Assembly: GCA_964526705.1 (NCBI GenBank)
Contig: CAZGLD010000005.1
Span: forward strand, 21,852-85,851
From: an uncultured Methylobacillus sp.
GTDB lineage: Bacteria > Pseudomonadota > Gammaproteobacteria > Burkholderiales > Methylophilaceae
DNA: 64,000 nt
Reading direction: 5' to 3'
The notes beneath the pieces are model-generated. The model worked only from the letters and a program-made list of their open reading frames with translations. It had not been told where the DNA came from and made no database searches. Position 1 is the stretch's first letter. Each line of letters opens with the position of its first letter. This document shows positions 31,007 to 41,270 of this stretch, piece after piece. Position numbers and translations under genes: made by a program.

Positions 31007-32116
31007 TCAAAATACTACTTCTTCATAGATTTTAAGAGTATTTTTTAACATATCATTTAATTCAAATAAATTAGTACTCTCAATTTTAGGTTTTTTGCTT
31101 AATATTTTTATTGTATTTTTATAAAGATGCTCTTGATTACCAAACTCTACTAGTCCATGAGGAAATATCATTTTTAATTGCTCCCCCACCCCTCCATGAT
31201 CATAGCCAATAAATGGAGTTTTTAATTTAATTGACTCTATTACAGTCCTCCCAAAAGATTCAGGTTCTCGAGATAGTGAATATACAATATCTGATAAAGC
31301 CATAATATTTTTTATATCCTTTCTATATCCTGTAAAAGTAATATTTTTATTTAAACCACTGTTATTAATCTGCTCCTTTAATGAATGAAGGTATTGATCT
31401 GATGGTGACTTTGGGTCACCAATAATTAATCCATGAATATTTAAATTATTTTGCTTAAGTCGTAATATTAAATTTATAAAATCTTCGTGCCCTTTTCTTC
31501 TTGTAATTCGTGATGGTAAACTCAGAATAATTTTATTATTTAAAAGTGGAAATTCTTTTTTCCAAGAATTTATCCATTCCTCATTTACTAAGTCATTCAA
31601 ATTAAATTCGTTAGAATCAACACCCCTATAATTTAAAATAATTTTTGAGGAATTTATTTTGTAGTGTTTTATTATAAATTTTTCTATAACTTTAGATACT
31701 GCAATAACCTTTTCACCTTTTGTCATAATAGAGCTATAAAAAGAGACAGAATTAAATCCATGTACTGTAGTTATAAAATGGGGTCTTTTATGCTTATTTA
31801 TAAATTTTAATGCCAAAAATATAATCCAAGCAGGAAGTCTAGAACGAGCATGAATAATGTCGATTCTATTTCTTTTGATAAGCCTGATTAGCTTAAAAAC
31901 ATAAAAAAAAGTAATTAGTGATTTTTTCCCAATATCCCATTTAATATGTTCACTGCCATCATATTCCAATTGCTCAACGAGCCTGCCCCCGCCAGAAATC
32001 ACAATAGATTTATGACCTTTGCTAGCAATGTATTTAGCGACTTCTAATGTCCCTTTCTCTACACCACCGGATATTAAACTGGGAAGCACCTGAACAACGG
32101 TTAATTTTCTATTCAT
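31007..32116 (-). CDS. GT4 glycosyltransferase
   Basis: GGVEKG, HARSR, PESFGRTVIE. Confidence 0.9.
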   Translation of the reverse strand: MNRKLTVVQVLPSLISGGVEKGTLEVAKYIASKGHKSIVISGGGRLVEQLEYDGSEHIKWDIGKKSLITFFYVFKLIRLIKRNRIDIIHARSRLPAWIIFLALKFINKHKRPHFITTVHGFNSVSFYSSIMTKGEKVIAVSKVIEKFIIKHYKINSSKIILNYRGVDSNEFNLNDLVNEEWINSWKKEFPLLNNKIILSLPSRITRRKGHEDFINLILRLKQNNLNIHGLIIGDPKSPSDQYLHSLKEQINNSGLNKNITFTGYRKDIKNIMALSDIVYSLSREPESFGRTVIESIKLKTPFIGYDHGGVGEQLKMIFPHGLVEFGNQEHLYKNTIKILSKKPKIESTNLFELNDMLKNTLKIYEEVVF

Positions 32117-32117
32117 T

Positions 32118-33050
32118 TCATCTCTTCAGCCATTTTTTGAATATGAAACTGGCACATCTTTTTGCTTCATTATTTAATGGTGTATTATTTATCTTTTTTC
32201 TCTTGTCTCCATAAGAACGAATATAACCGGTATTTATAAGTCTTGAAATTTCAATTGAAATTTTTGAATCGCTTTGCTTCTCAAGATTAATGAGATTAAC
32301 CTCAGATCCTGCTACTATTAGTTCATAAATCATTGAAATTGAATCTTTAGTTACCCATGCGTGTTTAGAAAATTTAACTTCTTCCGAAAACCAGCTCTTA
32401 TTTACTTTTTCATATTTAAAAACAGGAGTATTTTTTTTAAAATCATCGCTTAAATCATCAATAAAATCTTTTGGGGTTCTTCTTGAAGTTGCTATCTTAA
32501 ATTTAATTTTAGGATGTTGATCAATAATTTTATAAATTTGATTTATAACAAACTTATTATCCCATTTGAAATGCTTAGAATGCCCACCAAGAACAATTAA
32601 CCCTCTATTATTCACATGTTTTTTTTCATTTTCTATGTTATTAATTGTTCCATTAGTAAGAAAAATACCTTTTTTTTCCGGTACACCGTCATGCCTTGGA
32701 ATTAGACTCAAATCAAACCATGAGCAAGGAAAGCTTGGCTTCATTATTATTACCGTCTTACCACCATTTAAAATTTTAGCAAAAATCATATGTAAATGCG
32801 TTGCATGACCTGCACCTATTATCAAATCCGGCTTTCCCCTTTGAAGGTCTTGTTTAAACCAATGAGATATAGAAGAAGGGATAAGTATGGTGAATAATTT
32901 AGTTACTATAGGCTCTAAAAACATAGCCTTAATTCTAACAATTTCAATATCAATATACTTTTGTAATTCCTTTACTAAATGTTCAGATTGTTTTTCATGT
33001 CCTCTTTTACCATCTACAATTAACCAAATATTTATCTTTGCTGATTTCAT
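32118..33050 (-). CDS. ELM1/GtrOC1-family putative glycosyltransferase
   Basis: DGKRGHEKQS, PRHD, TSRRTP, VTKDSISMIYE motifs. Confidence 0.85.
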   Translation of the reverse strand: MKSAKINIWLIVDGKRGHEKQSEHLVKELQKYIDIEIVRIKAMFLEPIVTKLFTILIPSSISHWFKQDLQRGKPDLIIGAGHATHLHMIFAKILNGGKTVIIMKPSFPCSWFDLSLIPRHDGVPEKKGIFLTNGTINNIENEKKHVNNRGLIVLGGHSKHFKWDNKFVINQIYKIIDQHPKIKFKIATSRRTPKDFIDDLSDDFKKNTPVFKYEKVNKSWFSEEVKFSKHAWVTKDSISMIYELIVAGSEVNLINLEKQSDSKISIEISRLINTGYIRSYGDKRKKINNTPLNNEAKRCASFIFKKWLKR

Positions 33051-33052
33051 AT

Positions 33053-34060
33053 TTAGCAGTCAATTATACTCGTTATGATTTTTGCCGATTGAGGTGCCAT
33101 TACTATTCCATATCTATGATGACCAAAATTTAAAAATAAATTTTTATAATTTTTATGCTGTTGAATAATTGGAATATTATCGGCAGTACCTGGTCGAAAG
33201 CCATGCCATGATTTCGCAATTTCTACTGATTTTAATTCAGGTATTATACTTTCAGCTTTTCTCTTTAAGGCATTAATATTTTCTATATTATCTTGCGAGT
33301 TAAACCCAACTTTTTCTAGAGTACTTCCGCCTATTAAAACTCCATCTTCCCTCGGAATTAAATAGAATCCGTCCTCATACATTATATTTTCGAGCTTTAA
33401 TTCAGTTTTAGGGTACTGGATCATTTGTCCTTTTATTGGGAACACTTTACTTTTATATTCTTTTAATATTTTTGAGGTCCAAGCACCAGAACTCAAAAGA
33501 AAAGCTTGAGACTCAAAAACTCTTCCTTCTGAGGTAGTACAACTCTTAATCTCACCTTTATTTTCATCAAAACTAATAATCTTTTTATTTTCGAAAATTT
33601 CTATGCCAATAGTTTTCATATATCTTTTTAGAGCTTTCATTAGCCGAGGGGGTCTAATTTGACATATTTTTTTTAGAGTAATTTTTTTTTTACTTCTGCT
33701 GGTATCTATAGATGATTCAATATTATTTTGTGTGCACCAATCTTGTATTGCATCTATATTAAATGGGTTCACAATAGCCAGCCCAGACTCTTTAAATTGG
33801 GAATCTATCCCCGTTTCTTCATACAATTCTTTGGCCAATTCCTGGTAATAAATAGTTGATGGATTGCATAATTCGTATACTTTTTTTGAATAATTCCACG
33901 GCATCAACGGAAATAATATCCCACCAGCCGCCCAAGATGATCCGGACCCAATAGACGATTGATCAATTACAACCACATCAAATCCTTTTTTTTTAATTTC
34001 AATTGCCGATATACAGCCTACTACTCCTCCACCCACAACTACAACTTTTCCATTTTTCAT
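33053..34060 (-). CDS. thiO: FAD-dependent glycine oxidase (ThiO/DAAO family)
   Basis: GGGVVG, SWAAGGIL, PIKGQM, GFRPG, GHHRYG. Confidence 0.8.
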   Translation of the reverse strand: MKNGKVVVVGGGVVGCISAIEIKKKGFDVVVIDQSSIGSGSSWAAGGILFPLMPWNYSKKVYELCNPSTIYYQELAKELYEETGIDSQFKESGLAIVNPFNIDAIQDWCTQNNIESSIDTSRSKKKITLKKICQIRPPRLMKALKRYMKTIGIEIFENKKIISFDENKGEIKSCTTSEGRVFESQAFLLSSGAWTSKILKEYKSKVFPIKGQMIQYPKTELKLENIMYEDGFYLIPREDGVLIGGSTLEKVGFNSQDNIENINALKRKAESIIPELKSVEIAKSWHGFRPGTADNIPIIQQHKNYKNLFLNFGHHRYGIVMAPQSAKIITSIIDC

Positions 34061-36045
34061 GTAATTATTTTTCCAGAAGCAATATACTTCTCAAAATGAT
34101 TAATATTTTGTTGAAGCCCAAGAATAACAAGTATGTCACCATCATTTAAAATGATATCCAATCTTGGGTCTATGTTTTCCAGCATATTTGGACGTCTTAG
34201 GTATTGAATTTGAATATTAAAATCTTCAAAACGAATATTTTCTAATTTACTTCCTAATAAAAGTGGGTTGCGCTTAACTTCGATTGAATGTAATTCTAAT
34301 TGTTCCTGACCACTAAAATCATCTGAAATATCCGTTGATCCTTTGAAGTATCCTCTAAACATTGAGTAACGTTCAGACCTAAATGACCTTATCTTCTTTA
34401 CTATTCTAGCTAAAGGAACTCCCAAAACCATAAGAGCATGAGAGCCCAACATAAGACTACCCTCTAAAACCTCAGGCACAACTTCAGTAGCGCCCTCTTT
34501 TTGCAGTAATGCAATAGATGATTCATCTGCAGTTCTTACAATTATTGGTAAATCAGCATAAGTTTCTCTAATCACAGTCAAAACTTTTGATGAAGCTCGG
34601 TCATCTGCATAAGTTATTATTACTGCTTTGCAATTTCTTATGCCTGCCGCATTCAGGACAACTCTTCTGCTTGCATCACCATACATAACAAGCTCACCTG
34701 CATTAGACGCATCATTTACTCTATTAAGATCCATATCAATAGCTATAAAAGGAATATGTTCCTCTTTTAGAAATCTTCCTAAAAACTGACCACTCCGCCC
34801 ATAACCACACAAAATAACATGTTCGCTTAAGTTATGACCAATATCGTCAATCTTATCAATATTTTTTTGGCTATTTTTAATATAGCTTTTGGATAAGAAT
34901 CTAGCTATTCTTCCGTTGTAAGGTATCAAGAAAGGTGCGCAAATCATAGACAGTAAACATACTGAAAGTATAATTTGGAGGATATCTCCCCCGATAATAT
35001 TCTGCTCTTTAGCTAAAGCTAAAATAACAAAACTAAACTCTCCAGCCTGCCCTAAAATAATTCCTGTTCTTATTCCTACCCCTAATTCATATTTAAAGAG
35101 TCTGGTTAAAAAAGTAATTAAGGTTGCTTTAAATAAGCTGTATCCTAGAAAAATAGTAAGAATAATCCACAAATATTCTACAAAAATACTAAGGTTAAGC
35201 ATCATACCAACGCTTATAAAAAAGAGCCCTAATAAAATATCCCTAAATGAGGCAATATCCGATTCAACTTGATACCGGTAACGAGTTTCAGAAATCAACA
35301 TGCCTGCTAAAAAAGCCCCTAACGCATAAGAAAGACCTGCAAGATGAGTTAAGTATGAAAAAAACATGGTTACCATTAATACATTTAAGACGAAAAGTTC
35401 TCTTGATTTTTGCTGAGCTACTAAACCAAACCAAAAATTTATAATAGGTTTGCCTAGCCAAAATAAAATACTCAATAAAACTATTATCTTTAAAATTATG
35501 GGGATAAATAGCGTGTTTATATCTATTGCAGGCGCGCTTAATGCAGGTAATAGAATTAAGATAGGAATAACTGCAATATCCTGGAATAACAAAATACCAA
35601 TAGACAATCTGCCATGTCTGCTATTTAAATCTATTCGTTCAATTAAAAGCTTAGAGACAATTGCAGTTGATGACATTGTTAAAGCACTTCCAATAACAAA
35701 TGCCATAGCTAAATCTAATCCAAACAACCTGGATACAAAAAAAGTTGTAGCTAAGGTTATAAAAACTTGGGCTCCACCTAGCCCAAATAATATTCCTCTC
35801 ATTGAGTTTAGCTTTGGAAGACTAAACTCTAAACCTATTGAGAACATTAAAAATACAATACCAAATTCTACGAAATGCCGAATAGAATCACTATCATATA
35901 AAATTCCTACTCCACTTGGGCCTAAAAGAATACCAACTGCAAAATATGCAATAGTTGCCGACAGCTTGAAATATTTAAACACCGTCAAAAATAAAACTGA
36001 GCAAACAAGTAATAAAATAATAGTTAATTCAACAGATTCAAGCAT
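34057..36045 (-). CDS. CPA2 cation/H+ antiporter (Kef-type) with TrkA-N and TrkA-C domains
   Basis: FSIGLE, LLFQD, GEFSF, GYGRSG. Confidence 0.92.
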   Translation of the reverse strand: MLESVELTIILLLVCSVLFLTVFKYFKLSATIAYFAVGILLGPSGVGILYDSDSIRHFVEFGIVFLMFSIGLEFSLPKLNSMRGILFGLGGAQVFITLATTFFVSRLFGLDLAMAFVIGSALTMSSTAIVSKLLIERIDLNSRHGRLSIGILLFQDIAVIPILILLPALSAPAIDINTLFIPIILKIIVLLSILFWLGKPIINFWFGLVAQQKSRELFVLNVLMVTMFFSYLTHLAGLSYALGAFLAGMLISETRYRYQVESDIASFRDILLGLFFISVGMMLNLSIFVEYLWIILTIFLGYSLFKATLITFLTRLFKYELGVGIRTGIILGQAGEFSFVILALAKEQNIIGGDILQIILSVCLLSMICAPFLIPYNGRIARFLSKSYIKNSQKNIDKIDDIGHNLSEHVILCGYGRSGQFLGRFLKEEHIPFIAIDMDLNRVNDASNAGELVMYGDASRRVVLNAAGIRNCKAVIITYADDRASSKVLTVIRETYADLPIIVRTADESSIALLQKEGATEVVPEVLEGSLMLGSHALMVLGVPLARIVKKIRSFRSERYSMFRGYFKGSTDISDDFSGQEQLELHSIEVKRNPLLLGSKLENIRFEDFNIQIQYLRRPNMLENIDPRLDIILNDGDILVILGLQQNINHFEKYIASGKIIT

Positions 36046-36127
36046 ATGTTTTAAGTAAGAATAAAAGTAATAACTTTATTCTACTATTAAACCCTTTTAT
36101 ACTATCTTTTTAATATAAAATTAAATA

Positions 36128-37102
36128 ATGACAAATAATCAACACAGCATCATTGATAACGCAAAAAGAGTTTTAAAAATCGAAGCTGATGAGATTTACA
36201 ATACTTTAAATAGTATTAATAATAATTTTGTTTTAGCTGTTAATGCTGTTATTGGCTGTAAAGGTAGGATAGTTCTCAGTGGCATGGGTAAATCTGGGCA
36301 TATTGCTAGGAAAATAGCCTCAACACTTTCAAGCACAGGAACTCCTGCATTTTTTATGCATCCGGGTGAGGCTAGCCATGGTGACCTGGGTATGATAACT
36401 AAAGAAGACGTTGTAATATTTTTTTCCAACTCTGGAAAGAGTGAAGAGCTTATTTCTATTTTACCGAGTATTAAAAGAATAGGTGCAAGCATTATATCTG
36501 TAACTAATGCTGAAAATTCAGATTTAGCGCTGCAAAGTGATATCAATTTAAATATTATTGTCAGCAAAGAAGCTTGCCCCCTTGGGCTCGCCCCCACTGC
36601 AAGCTCAACTGTTGCACTCGCTCTTGGCGATGCTCTTGCAGTTTGTGTTTTAGAGGAAAAAGGATTTTCTAAAGAGGATTTCAAAAATTCTCACCCAGGG
36701 GGAAATCTAGGGAAAAATAACTTAGTAAGAATAAGAGATATTATGCTTACATTAGATGATGTGCCAAAGATTAACCACAAATCATCTCTTGGCGATGCTA
36801 TTAAAGAAATCTCAGAAAAAAAGGTAGGGTTTACAGCAATAATAGACGAAAAAAATTTTCCAGTAGGAATTTTTACTGATGGAGATCTAAGAAGGTCTTT
36901 ACTAAATCAAAAAAATATTACGACTCCAATATTTGAATGCATGTCTAAAAATCCAATTACCTTAAACCAGAATCAACTTGCTATTGATGCAGTTAATGTA
37001 ATGGAAAGTTCAAAGGTTAATGGTTTTATTGTGATAGATGACAAGAATAATTTAATTGGAATATTAAATCTCCATATACTTTTAAAGCATAAAATAATTT
37101 AA
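36128..37102 (+). CDS. kdsD: Arabinose-5-phosphate isomerase
   Basis: GMGKSGHI, EASHGDLG, EACPLGLAPT, CBS pair. Confidence 0.95.
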   Translation: MTNNQHSIIDNAKRVLKIEADEIYNTLNSINNNFVLAVNAVIGCKGRIVLSGMGKSGHIARKIASTLSSTGTPAFFMHPGEASHGDLGMITKEDVVIFFSNSGKSEELISILPSIKRIGASIISVTNAENSDLALQSDINLNIIVSKEACPLGLAPTASSTVALALGDALAVCVLEEKGFSKEDFKNSHPGGNLGKNNLVRIRDIMLTLDDVPKINHKSSLGDAIKEISEKKVGFTAIIDEKNFPVGIFTDGDLRRSLLNQKNITTPIFECMSKNPITLNQNQLAIDAVNVMESSKVNGFIVIDDKNNLIGILNLHILLKHKII

Positions 37103-37105
37103 TCA

Positions 37106-37684
37106 ATGGATAATAAACTTTCGTCTATATTTGCATTAATATTTATAATTTTTATTGCTCTAATATCTTTTTGGCTTAATCATGAGGTTAAAAAAGAGTT
37201 ATTAGATAAAGAAAAGAGCTTTAACAGTGCTGCAGACTTTTACTTGAGTAATTTTGCATCCAAACATATGAATCAAGCTGGTACTATTAAATATACTATC
37301 AGTGGAAAGGAAATGAAAAACTATAAATTTGCTGAAAAAACATTTCTGCTTAAGCCGAATTTTGTTAAATATGAAAATAATAAGCCAGTATCAAATATAT
37401 CAGGTGATTTAGGTGAAATTATAAATATGGGAGATGAAATTTTAGTGAAAGAAAATGTAATGCTTACCCGCCTTCCAAATGAATCAAAAAAACAAATGAC
37501 ATTATATACAAACCAACTAAATATTATTCCTTCGGAGGATATAGTATTCTCAAAAAAATCAGTAAAGATAATACAGGAACCTAATATTGAAATTGATGGT
37601 ATTGGTATGAAGTATGATAGAAAAGAAAATACGATAAAATTATTAAGTAATGTTAAGGTTCACTATGAGAATGTTCAAGAGTAG
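37106..37684 (+). CDS. lptC: LPS export protein LptC
   Basis: N-terminal TM, beta-jellyroll, synteny. Confidence 0.85.
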   Translation: MDNKLSSIFALIFIIFIALISFWLNHEVKKELLDKEKSFNSAADFYLSNFASKHMNQAGTIKYTISGKEMKNYKFAEKTFLLKPNFVKYENNKPVSNISGDLGEIINMGDEILVKENVMLTRLPNESKKQMTLYTNQLNIIPSEDIVFSKKSVKIIQEPNIEIDGIGMKYDRKENTIKLLSNVKVHYENVQE

Positions 37685-37690
37685 GTCTCC

Positions 37691-38224
37691 ATGATGAAAA
37701 TTTCAAAGCATTTTTTTACTTTATTATTTTTTATTTTTTTTACAACAATCTCTATTGCTGAAAAAGCTGATAGAGAGAAACCAATTGAGATTGAGTCTGA
37801 TACGATGACAGTAGATGACACTAAGAATATAAGTACTTACCAAGGAGATGTAATTTTAACACAAGGAACTCTGATAATTAAAGCTGATGAATTGATTGTA
37901 AGGGAAGATAATCAAGGATTCCAACATAGTACTTCCATTGGGAATCCAACAACCTTTAAGCAAAAAAGAGAAGGTCTAGATGAATATATTGAAGGGATAG
38001 GTCAAAGGATCGATTACGATGGTCACATGGATAAAGTTCATATTTATAAAGATGCTGTAGTTAAAAGGGGTGATGATATTGTTATGGGTGATTATATTGT
38101 TTATGATGCGAATGCAGAAATTGCACAAGCAATGTCAAATGATTCAAAATTAAAAAATAATGATGGTACACCTGTTAAGAAAGGTCGTACTAAGGCCATA
38201 ATAAATCCCAAAAAAAGTAACTAA
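37691..38224 (+). CDS. lptA: LPS transport periplasmic protein LptA
   Basis: AEKADREKPIEIESD, GDVILTQGTL. Confidence 0.92.
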   Translation: MMKISKHFFTLLFFIFFTTISIAEKADREKPIEIESDTMTVDDTKNISTYQGDVILTQGTLIIKADELIVREDNQGFQHSTSIGNPTTFKQKREGLDEYIEGIGQRIDYDGHMDKVHIYKDAVVKRGDDIVMGDYIVYDANAEIAQAMSNDSKLKNNDGTPVKKGRTKAIINPKKSN

Positions 38225-38229
38225 TTTAA

Positions 38230-38952
38230 ATGTCTGAATTAACCATTCAAAATATAAGGAAACAATATAAAAAAAATATTGTAGTTAAAGATATCTCACT
38301 TAATGTTAAGAGTGGCGAGGTTATTGGTTTGCTTGGTCCAAATGGAGCAGGTAAAACTACTTCTTTTTATATGATTGTTGGTCTTTTATCTGCCGATCAT
38401 GGTTCAATATCGATTGATAATAAAAATCTATCTAGAATGCCTATTCATAATAGATCGAAACTAGGCATATCCTATTTGCCCCAAGAACCATCTATTTTTA
38501 GAAAATTGTCGGTAAGTGAAAATATCTTTTCAATACTTGAATTAAGAGATATTTCGGAGGAGGAGCGAAAAGAAAAATTAAATTCCCTTCTAAAAGAGTT
38601 AAATATTGAGCATATTAAAGATAGCCCAGCTATTAGCCTTTCGGGTGGCGAGAGAAGAAGAGTTGAAATTGCAAGATGTCTTGCAACAGACCCAAAATTT
38701 ATTCTATTAGATGAGCCTTTTGCTGGCATTGATCCAATTGCAGTGCTAGATATACAAAAAATTATTACGCACCTAGCATCGCTAGATATTGGTATCTTAA
38801 TAACAGACCATAATGTACGGGAAACCTTAGGTATATGCGATAGAGCATATATTGTTAACCAAGGGGAAATTTTTGCTTCAGGAGCTCCTCACGAAATAGC
38901 TTCCAATCAAAGTGTAAAAGATATTTATCTTGGCAAAAATTTTGTTTTATAA
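38230..38952 (+). CDS. lptB: LPS export ABC ATPase
   Basis: [27 protein letters not shown]. Confidence 0.96.
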   Translation: MSELTIQNIRKQYKKNIVVKDISLNVKSGEVIGLLGPNGAGKTTSFYMIVGLLSADHGSISIDNKNLSRMPIHNRSKLGISYLPQEPSIFRKLSVSENIFSILELRDISEEERKEKLNSLLKELNIEHIKDSPAISLSGGERRRVEIARCLATDPKFILLDEPFAGIDPIAVLDIQKIITHLASLDIGILITDHNVRETLGICDRAYIVNQGEIFASGAPHEIASNQSVKDIYLGKNFVL

Positions 38953-40266
38953 ATGAAACTTAGCTTCAATTTAAAACTTTCACAATCTCTTAAGCTTACC
39001 CCCTTACTTCAGCAATCCTTAAAATTTCTACAAGCATCGCAATCAGAGCTTGATCAATTAATTGATGAGTACATTAATGATAATATTTTTTTAGAGAGAG
39101 AAAATACATATGAAAGTAAAAACTCATTCTCGTCCATACAAAATAATGAAGAAAACTATTATGATATTTTTGAAAACCAATCCCAAAATCAAAGTTTAAA
39201 AGATTATTTAATTGAAAATATAGGCATATTTTCGTTTTCAGAGCGCGATCAGCTTATTTTTTCTTTTTTAATAGATGCTATAAATGATGATGGTTACTTA
39301 TCAGAATCAATTCATGAAATTACTGAAAATATACCTTCTTCCCCACCAACAAGCATTGATGAACTTGAAAAATTATTAAAGCTTATTCAGCAGTCATCAC
39401 TTCCTGGTATAGGTGCTAGAAATCTATCTGAATGTTTATTGCTTCAACTAAATATTATTAAAGAAACAGATCATTCTTGTCTTGCAAAAAAAATTGTTGG
39501 GGAAAATTTAAATTTATTAGCAAATAAGAATTATGACGAATTGAGAAGATTAATAAATTGCTCTAAAGAAGAATTGAATGAAGCAATAAGTTTAATAAAA
39601 CAACTTAACCCTAAACCAGGACAAATATTTAAAAAAATAGCTCCAAATGAATATATAAAAAATGATGTCAGCATACATTTAGAGAATGGCAATTGGGAAG
39701 TATATTTAAAAGAAGATGAATTTAATAAAATTAAATTGAGAGATGATTGTGAAACGTTAATAAGTGATAAAAAAGATGAAAATTATGCAAATTTGAAAGA
39801 AAAATTTCAAGAAGCTAAATGGCTTATAAAAAATTTAAATCAACGCTCTATTACTCTCCTAAGAGTTTCACGAGAAATAATGAAACGACAAAAAGATTTT
39901 CTAGATTATGGTGAATCGAATATTAAACCTTTGTCACTCAAAGATATTGCTACAAAACTTGAGCTTCATGAGTCGACAATTTCAAGAGTCTCTAGTAATA
40001 AATTTATAAAAACACCACATGGATTATATGAGCTAAAATTTTTTTTCAGTGGAAAGATTAATAAAACAGAAGAAGATGCATTGTCTTCAAAAGCTGTACT
40101 TACGAAGATAAAGTATATTATTGATAATGAAGATCATAAAAAGCCATATTCAGATGAAAAAATTGTTTTGATACTTCGGAAGCAAGGTATTAATATAGCT
40201 AGAAGAACCATTGCTAAATATAGGGAGATTTTGAAAATACTTCCCTCGAGCCAAAGAAAGATTTAA
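38953..40266 (+). CDS. rpoN: RNA polymerase sigma-54
   Basis: Region I LTPLLQQSL, HESTISR, RpoN box ARRTIAKYRE. Confidence 0.95.
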   Translation: MKLSFNLKLSQSLKLTPLLQQSLKFLQASQSELDQLIDEYINDNIFLERENTYESKNSFSSIQNNEENYYDIFENQSQNQSLKDYLIENIGIFSFSERDQLIFSFLIDAINDDGYLSESIHEITENIPSSPPTSIDELEKLLKLIQQSSLPGIGARNLSECLLLQLNIIKETDHSCLAKKIVGENLNLLANKNYDELRRLINCSKEELNEAISLIKQLNPKPGQIFKKIAPNEYIKNDVSIHLENGNWEVYLKEDEFNKIKLRDDCETLISDKKDENYANLKEKFQEAKWLIKNLNQRSITLLRVSREIMKRQKDFLDYGESNIKPLSLKDIATKLELHESTISRVSSNKFIKTPHGLYELKFFFSGKINKTEEDALSSKAVLTKIKYIIDNEDHKKPYSDEKIVLILRKQGINIARRTIAKYREILKILPSSQRKI

Positions 40267-40285
40267 TTTTTAAGGATAATATTCA

Positions 40286-40609
40286 ATGAAACTTAATATT
40301 ACATGCCATCACATCAATATTACTCCAGCAATTGAGGAGCATATTCATAATAAATTTAAAAAAATTATTAATCATTTTAATAATGTAATTGACGTAAAAT
40401 TTACATTAACTGTTGAAAAAAAATTACACACTGCAGAATCAACAATACACCTACCAAAACATAATATTCATGCTGAAGCAAGCGATAATGACATGTATCA
40501 CGCAATCGAAATGCTCATAAATAAACTAGATAAACAAGTCATAAAATATAAAGAAAAAGCTCTAGACCAGCGGCAAAAAGAATCACTCAAACATAAAAAA
40601 GGGGATTAG
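40286..40609 (+). CDS. hpf: Ribosome hibernation promoting factor
   Basis: ITPAI and DMYHAI..L..KLDKQ; follows rpoN. Confidence 0.92.
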   Translation: MKLNITCHHINITPAIEEHIHNKFKKIINHFNNVIDVKFTLTVEKKLHTAESTIHLPKHNIHAEASDNDMYHAIEMLINKLDKQVIKYKEKALDQRQKESLKHKKGD

Positions 40610-40615
40610 AAATAT

Positions 40616-41008
40616 ATGGTCGGGATATTATTAGTAACGCATGGAGATATAGGGCTAGCCCTGCTCCAAAGTTCCAAACAAATCTTGGGAAAAGAGCCTG
40701 ACAATATAGTCTGCATTTCTATAAATTCTAATAACGATATTAGCTCCTGTAAAAAAATAATCCAAGAAAAATTAATAGATCTTGATAATGGAGAGGGGGT
40801 ATTAATAATGTCAGATATGTATGGAGCAACGCCAACAAATATTTTAAAAAAAATTATATATTTAAATAAGTATGAGGTAATCACAGGAATAAACCTACCC
40901 ATGCTTATGCAAGCATTAACAAGCAGAAACTTATCTCTAAATGACCTTACTAAGATTTGTTTAAAGTATGGGAAACAAAATATTTTTAATGTAACTAACG
41001 ATGATTAA
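40616..41008 (+). CDS. PTS EIIA mannose/fructose-type (stand-alone)
   Basis: LVTHG phospho-His, DMYGATP, GINLPML. Confidence 0.9.
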   Translation: MVGILLVTHGDIGLALLQSSKQILGKEPDNIVCISINSNNDISSCKKIIQEKLIDLDNGEGVLIMSDMYGATPTNILKKIIYLNKYEVITGINLPMLMQALTSRNLSLNDLTKICLKYGKQNIFNVTNDD

Positions 41009-41270
41009 AACAGAAATAAAAATAATTAATAAACTTGGATTACATGCTAGACCATCCAGTAAACTTGCTGAACTCTGTGGCAAATTTTCCTCAAATATAT
41101 TAATAATAAAGGGTAAAGAAAAAATTAGTGCAAAAAATATGATGGATATTTTAATGCTTGCCTTAGGTTATCAATCTAAAATCATTATTCAAGTCGACGG
41201 TATTGATGAAAAAGAAGCAACTAAACAAATAAAAAAAATGTTTACGAGTCGTTTTGGAGAAGCGGAATGA
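41001..41270 (+). CDS. ptsH: Phosphocarrier HPr/NPr
   Basis: NKLGLHAR with His15; residue 46 is Asn. Confidence 0.92.
   Translation: MIKTEIKIINKLGLHARPSSKLAELCGKFSSNILIIKGKEKISAKNMMDILMLALGYQSKIIIQVDGIDEKEATKQIKKMFTSRFGEAE

Noticed and set aside
35450-36058. 202-aa plus-strand ORF and other shadow ORFs (e.g. 7847-8281, 18040-18426, 36196-36684, 42965-43279)
   Set aside because: Antisense to well-conserved genes, no motifs; typical reverse-frame artefacts
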